DNA from: Promethearchaeum sp.
GTDB taxonomy: Archaea; Asgardarchaeota; Lokiarchaeia; Sigyniarchaeales; Promethearchaeaceae
DNA length: 24,000 nt
Assembly: GCA_030612265.1 (NCBI GenBank)
Contig: JAUWOE010000011.1
Span: forward strand, 10,606-34,605
Reading direction: 5' to 3'
Below are positions 8,982 through 16,916 of this stretch, in pieces (the first letter of the stretch is position 1; each line of letters opens with the position of its first letter). The position numbers and the translations under genes are program-made. The notes beneath the pieces were generated by a model. It was not told the origin of the DNA. It saw nothing but the letters and a program-made list of their open reading frames with translations, and did no database searches.

Positions 8982-11108
8982 TTATAATATTGCTTTAAAA
9001 AATGTTTTTAATAATCTAATATCATTTAGAAAATTATAGGTTAAAATTATATTGCAAATTCGAAAATTTGGTTCTTTCAAAACATTTTGGAGATATATAA
9101 AGGATTTTCCTTTACTGAAGAATGTATTATTGATCATTAAATTTATTTCATCGTTAAAATTTTCCTTCAACTTTGAATAGATATCTTTTACAAGGGGGTC
9201 GCCATTATCACCCAGGAAAATCGTTGGTTTTGAAAAATAAGGAATTAAATCTAGGTTAACAACAACAAACGGAGATGGATGCTGCTTAGATTGATTTTTA
9301 ATATAATTTTTCAATACATTATTGTAGTGATTTAATTCTTCTTCATTAAAATTCTCTTTTGATGGGAATAATAAAAAACCGAATGTTTTTTGAGTTTCCT
9401 GTAATAATTCAACATAAACGCGTTGAATATTCAAATATATAGGAAAATCAAACTTATATGGGCTAATAAGCATGATGTTGGATGTTGTTTTTCCCTCAAT
9501 TAAATTAGAGCTGATATTTCCTTGTAGTTCAACTAAATATTTAATTGCAGGTGTAATATTTTTTGATATTGCTGGGAAAGTATAATGTAGTGTATTAATT
9601 TCTTGAGATTCCATCTTTATTTTCTTGGTTTGAACCTTGACTTTCAGATATTCTTGTAATTGTTCAATTAAAAGGGATTTTTCATCTTTCGAGTCGAATT
9701 CTTCAATTATATCATAAACTGATTGGGGCTCTGTAAGATACGCCAAAAAAATCATGCATGTCTTTATTAGCTCAGTATTTGATTCGGAAAGGATGTTGGA
9801 GATGAGACTCTTTAATGATTCTATAGCTCGATTTTTATTGTATTTCGCCCAGTTTTTAATTAATTCAAATAAAACTTTTTGTTGAAGCTCTTTGCTGGAT
9901 AGTTGATAAACTAAATTTGATGCTATTTCAGGTTTCAAAGAAGCCGCAGTAAAAATAATATTTGTAATTATCTCATCTCTTTTTAACTCATTATCAATAT
10001 TTAATGCAATCATAGCAGCTTCATCAGGTTTATCTGAAGCGAGGCTGTTGGAAATAATTTCCATAATCGAATCTTTATGATCTCCTAAGTCCATACCCAT
10101 TACAACTTCGATGGTAACTTTAGGTTCCAGCTGCATCCCTGGTGGAATAAATTGAGAAACAATGGAATATTTTAAAGTTGGATCCGGGATCATTTGGAGG
10201 ATTTCATAAGCATATTGGGGGTTTTGATTAAAAACACCTTTAGCGATACGAGTTAACATTTCATTTTTCTGTTCCAGAGTGATTTCACTTTCTTTAGTCG
10301 AATTCGGCGAAATTTTAGGCTCTTCAATTGTTTCCACTATAGTTTCAACTTTCTCTTCCATCACTGTTTCGGAAACTGTTTTCATCACTGTTTCTTCTAC
10401 CGATTCATAAACAGTTTTAGTGATTTTACGAGGAGGTCTACTAATTTTTTTTCCCGTGATAGAATTAATTAGAGGTTCTTGCGCGATTACCTCTTCAATA
10501 ACTTTTGGTATTTTTTTTATGATTTTTTCGGAAACTTGTTTAGTTATTGTTTTTGGAACTTGTTTTATTACTTTCTTAGTAATTTCACGTGTGTGGGTCT
10601 TATGTATTGGAATTTTGGTTATTTTGTCTAATTCTTTTTTTGCTTTCGATTTTGATAATGCAGGAATATCAGTGAGTATTATGGATTTTGGTAATTTCTT
10701 TTTAAAAGCGGTCAGATCTTCAAATTTGATGTCGCTTTTTACCAGAATATCTGTAACAATGGATTTTTCCACCTTTTTTCTTATTTTCCATTCCATAGAT
10801 TTAAATTCGATTTTTTTCTGGTAATAGGTTAAAACATTTAATTCTGTTAAACCTCCTTCGATTCGGGGTTTAATCAATACAGGCAATATTTTAGTTTCTC
10901 CTGGATCAAAAGATTGTCCTTTTGAAATTGATTTATCTACAGAAAGATCACTCGTTGTACTTGTAAATTTAAAAGCATATGATTCTTCAGATTCTGAATT
11001 ATTCTTAACTGAAAATGAAAGTTCATAATCTTGACTTCCTAAAAGTAAAGTTTGTGGATAATTTAATAATTCTATTGAAATAGAATCCGAGTGAGATTTT
11101 TTTGCCAT
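8982..11108 (-). CDS. Large scaffold-like protein: N-terminal beta-sandwich (Ig/CARDB-like), charged tetrad-repeat segment, alpha-helical repeats, uncharacterised C-terminal domain
   Basis: 708 aa; NSESEESYAFKFTSTTSDLSVDKSISKGQSFDPGETKILPVLIKPR is an Ig-like pattern; 4-residue periodic I/V..K/E segment; repeated xxAxxIxxMIPDPxLKxxI-type helices (NPQYAYEILQMIPDPTLKYSIVSQF, KPDEAAMIALNIDNELKRDEIITNI). Confidence 0.6.
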   Translation of the reverse strand: MAKKSHSDSISIELLNYPQTLLLGSQDYELSFSVKNNSESEESYAFKFTSTTSDLSVDKSISKGQSFDPGETKILPVLIKPRIEGGLTELNVLTYYQKKIEFKSMEWKIRKKVEKSIVTDILVKSDIKFEDLTAFKKKLPKSIILTDIPALSKSKAKKELDKITKIPIHKTHTREITKKVIKQVPKTITKQVSEKIIKKIPKVIEEVIAQEPLINSITGKKISRPPRKITKTVYESVEETVMKTVSETVMEEKVETIVETIEEPKISPNSTKESEITLEQKNEMLTRIAKGVFNQNPQYAYEILQMIPDPTLKYSIVSQFIPPGMQLEPKVTIEVVMGMDLGDHKDSIMEIISNSLASDKPDEAAMIALNIDNELKRDEIITNIIFTAASLKPEIASNLVYQLSSKELQQKVLFELIKNWAKYNKNRAIESLKSLISNILSESNTELIKTCMIFLAYLTEPQSVYDIIEEFDSKDEKSLLIEQLQEYLKVKVQTKKIKMESQEINTLHYTFPAISKNITPAIKYLVELQGNISSNLIEGKTTSNIMLISPYKFDFPIYLNIQRVYVELLQETQKTFGFLLFPSKENFNEEELNHYNNVLKNYIKNQSKQHPSPFVVVNLDLIPYFSKPTIFLGDNGDPLVKDIYSKLKENFNDEINLMINNTFFSKGKSFIYLQNVLKEPNFRICNIILTYNFLNDIRLLKTFFKAIL

Positions 11109-11187
11109 ATTTTAACCCTAATTTAACCTTAAAAGTATTTCTTCTCTTATACCTAAATATTTTTACGTTAATTTCTGTTATTTTCTA

Positions 11188-11673
11188 TTATTCGAATTGA
11201 CGTTTTACTTCTACTAATCCTTTTGTACTCTTTATTGATATTTCTTCTTCTTGGTTTTTGATCACATTGAGAAAATTTTCTATTCCATTTCCGATTGAAA
11301 TAAACTCAGCTTGAAAATCTTTAAAGGGAACTCCAACCAAACAATCGATTTCAATGTATAAATTATTCTTAAATAGTGAAAATGTGCACTCTGGTAAATC
11401 GTAATTTAAACCCAAAGAGATTTCATAAATTGTTAAAATTGTTTGTGAAGGGAAAAGTGCGGTATTAAGCAGTAATGCTTTGACGTGTACCCATTTTCCA
11501 AGATTATAAAGAATTACATCAAAATCAAGCTCTCTACACCTATATACGCAGATAATAGCCGGAAATATTTCTTTATCTTTATCCCCGATATCTTGAAACT
11601 CATAGGGAATGTTCATTTGATCCAAATATTCGGCAATGTTTCCTAAATTTTTTCTTTCGTTTATATAACCCAT
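11188..11673 (-). CDS. Small CesT/YbjN-like (type III secretion chaperone-like fold) protein
   Basis: 161 aa; pattern LTIYEISLGLNYDLPECTFSLFKNNLYIEIDCLVGVPFKDFQAEFISIGNGIENFLNVI is reminiscent of YbjN/CesT-like domains. Fold-level call only. Confidence 0.45.
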   Translation of the reverse strand: MGYINERKNLGNIAEYLDQMNIPYEFQDIGDKDKEIFPAIICVYRCRELDFDVILYNLGKWVHVKALLLNTALFPSQTILTIYEISLGLNYDLPECTFSLFKNNLYIEIDCLVGVPFKDFQAEFISIGNGIENFLNVIKNQEEEISIKSTKGLVEVKRQFE

Positions 11674-11803
11674 TTTTTCTTCCCTCTACATAAAAATATT
11701 TACTTTGTTCTTATATTAAATTTTCAATTATGTTTTAAAAAACCCAAATTTATACAATGTTTTATTTGGATATTTTTATTTGGAATTATTAGGATGGGAT
11801 TAG

Positions 11804-12460
11804 ATGGTAAAAGATATTTTTAAGCTCATGATAATTCATAGGGCAGCATCAGTCTGTATTTTTGAACAAACTTTTAATGAACTTCCTGGAGAAGTTGATG
11901 AAGTGGTATTATCAGGATATCTAGTTGCCATTTTTGCCCTTTCTGAAGAAATTGCTAAACAATCAATACATTATATGCAGTTAAACACATTACGTATTTC
12001 ATTCAAAAAAAATGTATCTGATAATTATATCATGGTGCTTATTACAAAAAATGAAATTAAATATAGTAGAATCCTTCAAATTCTAGAAAACTTATCCGAA
12101 AAGTTTAATGAAAAATATCTAGTCCATTTTGAACGAGAGTTTACTGGTAATATTACCCATTTTAAGAATTTTGCCCTTGAAGTCGAAGGTCTTATCCATA
12201 TGGAAACGAGGTATTTCCAATATTTGCAACAACGAAGTGAAAAAATAAATGAATATTTCGAGTCAATTGAATATAATTGGAAAGATTTACGAGATAAATT
12301 GGAAAAAAGGGCACGGATATTTGGAAAATGGAGTATTAAACACGATATGAAAATCGATAAATCGCTTGAAAATACCCTACTAGAATCGCGTGATCATGGT
12401 AGAAAATTGGAGCATGAGGAAAAGAAAAAAGAAAAAGAAGAAGGAAAAGGTTGGGTTTAG
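11804..12460 (+). CDS. Longin/roadblock-like domain protein with charged C-terminal tail
   Basis: 218 aa; [45 protein letters not shown]...[19 protein letters not shown] has the profile-like alternation seen in archaeal longin-like proteins; C-terminus [16 protein letters not shown]. Confidence 0.6.
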   Translation: MVKDIFKLMIIHRAASVCIFEQTFNELPGEVDEVVLSGYLVAIFALSEEIAKQSIHYMQLNTLRISFKKNVSDNYIMVLITKNEIKYSRILQILENLSEKFNEKYLVHFEREFTGNITHFKNFALEVEGLIHMETRYFQYLQQRSEKINEYFESIEYNWKDLRDKLEKRARIFGKWSIKHDMKIDKSLENTLLESRDHGRKLEHEEKKKEKEEGKGWV

Positions 12461-12462
12461 GC

Positions 12463-14679
12463 CTATTTTTTATCTGTATCGCGTCTTATTTTCAAACTTA
12501 AATCCCGAGCTCTTTTAGAATACCATACTAGTAATTCTCCTGAATCTTCAGGTTTAAAATATTCGCCTGCACATAAAGCTGCTGCTTTTTTCATTTCGTC
12601 ATCATTTGGATTACCTAACCCGATGATGTACAAAACCACATTTTGATTTGTGGATAATTTCTTAATAGATTCCATAAAAGCATTACCATCTGTTGGAGCA
12701 CCATCAGTGAGTAACACAATCATAGTAGGTTGTTCTGGATTATCTGCAGTGAACATGTCAACGAGTTGTTGGGCTTTTTCCATTGCTTGACCCATATTCG
12801 TGCTCTGTCCATAAGCATTAGCTATTTGATCAACGATAGTTCGCGCACACGCTTCTAATTCTCCTTTTTGACCGGAAGAAGAATCCATCCATAATTTACC
12901 ACCTGGCATGGGTAGAATTTGAGCTTCATCTGCAAAACGGATAATTGAGACTTTCTCACCAAATCCCCGACCTACTTTTTCAGATAAAAATAAGACAGCT
13001 GCAAAAGCTGCTGACATTCTGCGTGGCACGTTAACACCCGGTTTAAATTTAGCCAGAAATTCTTGAATTTCCCTATCTTGCATTGCTGCTTTAATTCCTT
13101 CAAGTGCTGGACCGATATTTGTAACTTCAACATCCCTCGCCATCATGGATCGCGAAATATCAATAATAAGTATAGCATTGAATGTTACAAGACCTGTTGG
13201 TTTCAGTTCAATAGTTGTTGTGGGAGTTATGGACGCTAAAACATCCCCAGTTAGATCGGGAACCGTATTGAGGACTTCTATCGCGGTATTTGCTCTTTTC
13301 CAGCGAAGTTTAATACCTTTAAATATAATATAATTTGCTAACCATTGTTTAATGATATCCATATTGTTTCGGGCTTGGCTTATTATTTCCCATATATTTT
13401 CACCGGTAATAGGTGAGACACCCAGTTCAAGAGATTGTAAAGGAATAATTTGCCGTATATTCTTTTTCAATTCAACTTCATCTGAACCAATACCGCTTGC
13501 TTCAATTAATTCTTGATCAACTATTACTTTATTATCGGGAACATCCGGATTGAATCGCACTTTTCCTGCACCAAATGCACCTGTAAGATCATCTTCAAAT
13601 GCTAAAATATCTCGTTCTTTTACCTCAAGAGACATTGCATTTCGATGGTTGATTTCAATAAATCCACCCATTTCTGGTTTACTCTCAATTTCCAAAGTTA
13701 CTGCTTCAACATGATCAATTGGAGGTTCCATTGAATAAATTAAAATCTGAGGTGCTTCTACTGCAGTATCAAAAGCGGTATTTTCATCCATTATGATCTG
13801 TTGTTCAGTAACTTGCCCAATTTTTAAACGAGCCGAACCTGTAGCTCGTGTAAATGGATCTTCCCAACCAACTAGAGCGTTTGGAAAAAGATTTAAGCGT
13901 GAGACTAAATTTTGAGATAAAATAACTTTTCCCTCAAGAGAACTTGGTGAAATTTTAGGACTTACTATCATCGAACCTGGATTATTACTAAGCAAAGAAT
14001 TAATGTCAATTTTATTTGGATAAGGATCAGGAGGCGCTATTGGTTCAGCTGAGGGCATGCCTTCTTCAAATCCGGGTTGTGTTAATTGTGAATCACTTGC
14101 AGGAGTTAAATTAGTAGGAGGTGCCATGCTTGGTTGTGAGGGCAACGACGTTATTGGAGTTATTTTGATCTGTGGTATAGAACTCGGAGCTGGAGGTATG
14201 GGTTTTGGTAGAGGAGGAATTGATGGTTGAGGTGTAGGGGAGATGACTGGAACAGGAGGTGTTGGTGGAGGAGAAACTGATGGTTGAGGAGTAGGTGGAA
14301 GTACTGGAGGAGGAGGCATTGCCTTGGTGGGTTTTGGTGGAGGAGAAACCGAGAATTTAGGAGTTTCTATGGTTGCAGGAGCTGGTGGTGTAGGAGCTAG
14401 CGATGGTTCCTTTGAAGAAACAGAAATCGATGGTTTTGTTATGATAATCTCTAGTCCTTGATATCCAAAACTATCCACAATATCCTTCGCAATTTTGATA
14501 GAAAAATCAAGTGATTCTTTATTTGGTTCCATATAACAATTATAGGAACTTTTCGTTTGTGGATCTATTAAAACTATATCACCGCCTTCTTCTAAGCCTA
14601 ACTTTTTTGCATTTTTTATACTTAATAGACATTTACGGCTTAAATCAGAAGTAATTTCAACAAATAATTTTAATTCCAT
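12463..14679 (-). CDS. VWA-domain protein with predicted CDC48-N-like/double-psi beta-barrel repeats and a proline-rich linker
   Basis: 738 aa; VWA MIDAS intact (IDISRS; QSTNMG; LLTDGAPTDG); N-terminal RKCLLSIKNAKKLGLEEGGDIVLIDP resembles CDC48-N; two further related segments (VILSQNLVSRLNLFPNALVGWEDPFTRATGSARL and GFIEINHRNAMSLEVKERDILAFEDDLTGAFGAGKV); polyproline stretch between. Confidence 0.85.
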   Translation of the reverse strand: MELKLFVEITSDLSRKCLLSIKNAKKLGLEEGGDIVLIDPQTKSSYNCYMEPNKESLDFSIKIAKDIVDSFGYQGLEIIITKPSISVSSKEPSLAPTPPAPATIETPKFSVSPPPKPTKAMPPPPVLPPTPQPSVSPPPTPPVPVISPTPQPSIPPLPKPIPPAPSSIPQIKITPITSLPSQPSMAPPTNLTPASDSQLTQPGFEEGMPSAEPIAPPDPYPNKIDINSLLSNNPGSMIVSPKISPSSLEGKVILSQNLVSRLNLFPNALVGWEDPFTRATGSARLKIGQVTEQQIIMDENTAFDTAVEAPQILIYSMEPPIDHVEAVTLEIESKPEMGGFIEINHRNAMSLEVKERDILAFEDDLTGAFGAGKVRFNPDVPDNKVIVDQELIEASGIGSDEVELKKNIRQIIPLQSLELGVSPITGENIWEIISQARNNMDIIKQWLANYIIFKGIKLRWKRANTAIEVLNTVPDLTGDVLASITPTTTIELKPTGLVTFNAILIIDISRSMMARDVEVTNIGPALEGIKAAMQDREIQEFLAKFKPGVNVPRRMSAAFAAVLFLSEKVGRGFGEKVSIIRFADEAQILPMPGGKLWMDSSSGQKGELEACARTIVDQIANAYGQSTNMGQAMEKAQQLVDMFTADNPEQPTMIVLLTDGAPTDGNAFMESIKKLSTNQNVVLYIIGLGNPNDDEMKKAAALCAGEYFKPEDSGELLVWYSKRARDLSLKIRRDTDKK

Positions 14680-14753
14680 TGATAAAACATCTCTTTTTTA
14701 TGATTATTATTAAATTTATTATTATATTGAACAATTAATTGGGAAATTTTTCG

Positions 14754-15140
14754 CTAAGGATATAATTCTGCAATTTTTCCAGCGTAGTATCGAAATACCG
14801 TAACAGTTTTGCCAAGATCTTGAATAGTTCGACTTGCACCTATTAAAAAAAACCTACCAGCAGAAGATAGTACCATAAAGCTTTTTCTACCGCGTAAGAC
14901 AACTTCAATTAATTTATTGTATCCTATTTTGGTTACAGACTCCTCACCGCTTTGTAATAGAACTGCGCCCATTGCACAAAGTGAATCTGGATTGATTTGA
15001 TTTGCGCTAGGAATCGCTGAATAAGCTAATCTCATTCCTTCTCGGGAAACTAGAGCCAGAGCGTCAAGTTCAGTATTTGATGTTATGTTCGCAAGATAGG
15101 CACTAAGCTCATTAGCGTCGCTTTCGTTTAGTGATGACAT
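14754..15140 (-). CDS. Roadblock/LC7 domain protein
   Basis: 128 aa; LDALALVSREGMRLAYSA...AMGAVLLQSGEESVTKIGYNKLIEVVLRGRKSFMVLSSAGRFFLIGAS is a typical roadblock pattern. Confidence 0.85.
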   Translation of the reverse strand: MSSLNESDANELSAYLANITSNTELDALALVSREGMRLAYSAIPSANQINPDSLCAMGAVLLQSGEESVTKIGYNKLIEVVLRGRKSFMVLSSAGRFFLIGASRTIQDLGKTVTVFRYYAGKIAELYP

Positions 15141-15428
15141 AATTGTTCAATTCTTATTTCTGTTTTAGAATAAAAAAAGGTTGTGTTTTTTTTTTTTTTA
15201 ACACGCTTTAGAAATACCAGCCTCGTTTCTTAATTTAAATCATTTCTTCAATTAAAATTTGTCGTATCTCGATTTTTTGCAGTTTGGCGAATTTTCATTG
15301 ATTCGATAGAAATTCCTTATAAAATTTTCATCGAATCTCTCATTGCTAATAATTTTAATTTTATTATTCCTAAAAATTATTTCATGATTTTAAGCCTGTT
15401 TTTGAGGGGGACGAAAATTTTCATATAT

Positions 15429-15587
15429 TCATTTCTTCTTGAATTTCTTCACCAAAACCACAAAAACCCCCACAATTGAAAGAAACGGGACTCCGGAATA
15501 AAGAGTAATAAGTAGATTGCTTTCAAGGTTATATTTATCCAATGGGATGGTTAGAAGCTTGGGCCTTAAATTTCTATGTAACACCAT
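15429..15587 (-). CDS. Possible small membrane protein or relict C-terminal membrane anchor
   Basis: Manual reading, not in ORF track: ATG at 15587, TGA at 15429-15431, MVLHRNLRPKLLTIPLDKYNLESNLLITLYSGVPFLSIVGVFVVLVKKFKKK (52 aa): single hydrophobic segment plus basic tail. Confidence 0.3.
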   Translation of the reverse strand: MVLHRNLRPKLLTIPLDKYNLESNLLITLYSGVPFLSIVGVFVVLVKKFKKK

Positions 15588-15622
15588 GATTTTCCTTCCT
15601 TTTTTATCTTTTTTCTCCCTAT

Positions 15623-16144
15623 TTGCGCGATTGTGTTAATCTTCGCTCTCTCCCTAAAGAACTTGCTTTTTTTCCATTGAAACACATTAAACTTTATAAT
15701 AGCGGTCATCTCATCAAAAATAAAACCAATCTTCCAAAATTGCTTGTAAATTTTGTTCTAATCGATTGGTACTACGGAGATTTCGATTTTAGGAATAGAC
15801 GTAATCGAAAAAAAAATCTTGATTTTGATCTTATTATTGATCGCCTAACACCCGTTTATGAATATCTCCAATTTAATGTTCTTACTAAATTAATTAGCAA
15901 TTTTAGACAAAAAAAAATCCAAATTATACATATTGTAGAACAATGGGCTGAAAAATCAGATAGAGGGACAAAAAAAAAAATTCAAGATTTTATCATCGAA
16001 ATTGCCCGAAAATTAATCTACCTCAAGGATATAAACTTTTCTTATAGTTTGATAACGGAGTTATTTCTGATATCTTCAAATCTTTACCTAAATCTAATCC
16101 CGCTTAAGGAATTCCACCGCAATAACTGTTTTACCTTCAACTAG
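15623..16144 (+). CDS. Hypothetical protein (low-complexity, doubtful ORF)
   Basis: 173 aa ORF with TTG start; sits in the only large unassigned gap and overlaps the 3' end of the gelsolin-like gene by 51 bp. No recognisable family. Confidence 0.35.
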   Translation: MRDCVNLRSLPKELAFFPLKHIKLYNSGHLIKNKTNLPKLLVNFVLIDWYYGDFDFRNRRNRKKNLDFDLIIDRLTPVYEYLQFNVLTKLISNFRQKKIQIIHIVEQWAEKSDRGTKKKIQDFIIEIARKLIYLKDINFSYSLITELFLISSNLYLNLIPLKEFHRNNCFTFN

Positions 16145-16840
16145 GATTCGTGGGGTATACCCTTCTGCGAAAAATATGCCTTCTGGTAAAGAACTGATCG
16201 GTTCTAAAATGTGTTCTATTTGCTTTTTTCCGAGGAAAACTTGCACTTTTTCACTAACAGAATAGGCAATATTCCCCATTATAACCATTTCTCGATGGAA
16301 TCCTTCAGGAATACCAGCTTCATCGAGAGATTCTATAATTTTATCCAAATCTTGACGAGAAACTATTACCTGTGCCCCATTTGAAGGAATTTTTTGCGAT
16401 CCTGTATATAGGGGTCCAGATTGTTGGATTCCTTCATTATATTTGCTGCTTGACCCAACCATCGGAGCATAACTTCTAGGTTTTGAAGGACCTCCGCCAA
16501 TTTCAAATTTTAATTCCATATCTTCTTTGATTTCTCTGGCAAATCCATCAGTCCTGGGTTGTTCAATTGCACTAAGAAAATCAGGGTAATCGTCTACCTC
16601 ATCTGCATCTATTGAAACGGATTTGTAATTTAATCCAACTTGACCTCTGATCTCTTGAAGTTTATTAGCCCCAATAAATTTGGAACGCACAGTACACTCA
16701 GAACCTTTCCACAAATAAACCACACGGGTGATATCATCACATAAAATGTAGGACTCATTCTTTTCTAATAGAGTTTTAAGGGGAGCATCGGATTTAATTT
16801 CGTGAACTTCTCCGTTGCCTTTAACTAAGAATATTTGCAT
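16094..16840 (-). CDS. Single gelsolin-domain protein with uncharacterised C-terminal region
   Basis: 248 aa; ESYILCDDITRVVYLWKGSECTVRSKFIGANKLQEIRGQVGLNYKSVSIDADEVDDYPDFLSAI matches the gelsolin-repeat pattern (YIlcdd..vyvWkG......k..a...a..i......v.sv..deE...Fl). Confidence 0.8.
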   Translation of the reverse strand: MQIFLVKGNGEVHEIKSDAPLKTLLEKNESYILCDDITRVVYLWKGSECTVRSKFIGANKLQEIRGQVGLNYKSVSIDADEVDDYPDFLSAIEQPRTDGFAREIKEDMELKFEIGGGPSKPRSYAPMVGSSSKYNEGIQQSGPLYTGSQKIPSNGAQVIVSRQDLDKIIESLDEAGIPEGFHREMVIMGNIAYSVSEKVQVFLGKKQIEHILEPISSLPEGIFFAEGYTPRILVEGKTVIAVEFLKRD

Positions 16841-16916
16841 TTTTCCTCACCGTTTTATTAAATTTTGTAAAAGTAATTTATAATTAAATTAGAGTTATTT
16901 TCGCTAAAAAATTTCG

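Noticed and set aside
10420-10824. 134-aa plus-strand ORF antisense to the scaffold gene
   Set aside because: Lies wholly inside the well-supported minus-strand ORF, over its tetrad-repeat segment; low-complexity composition mirrors the repeat. Antisense artefact.
13145-13333. 62-aa plus-strand ORF inside the VWA gene
   Set aside because: Antisense to coding sequence for the VWA N-terminal part; spurious.
15185-15204. Long T tract near the roadblock gene start, considered as a terminator
   Set aside because: It lies upstream of the minus-strand roadblock gene with no clear hairpin; more likely simple-sequence or promoter-proximal AT-rich DNA.
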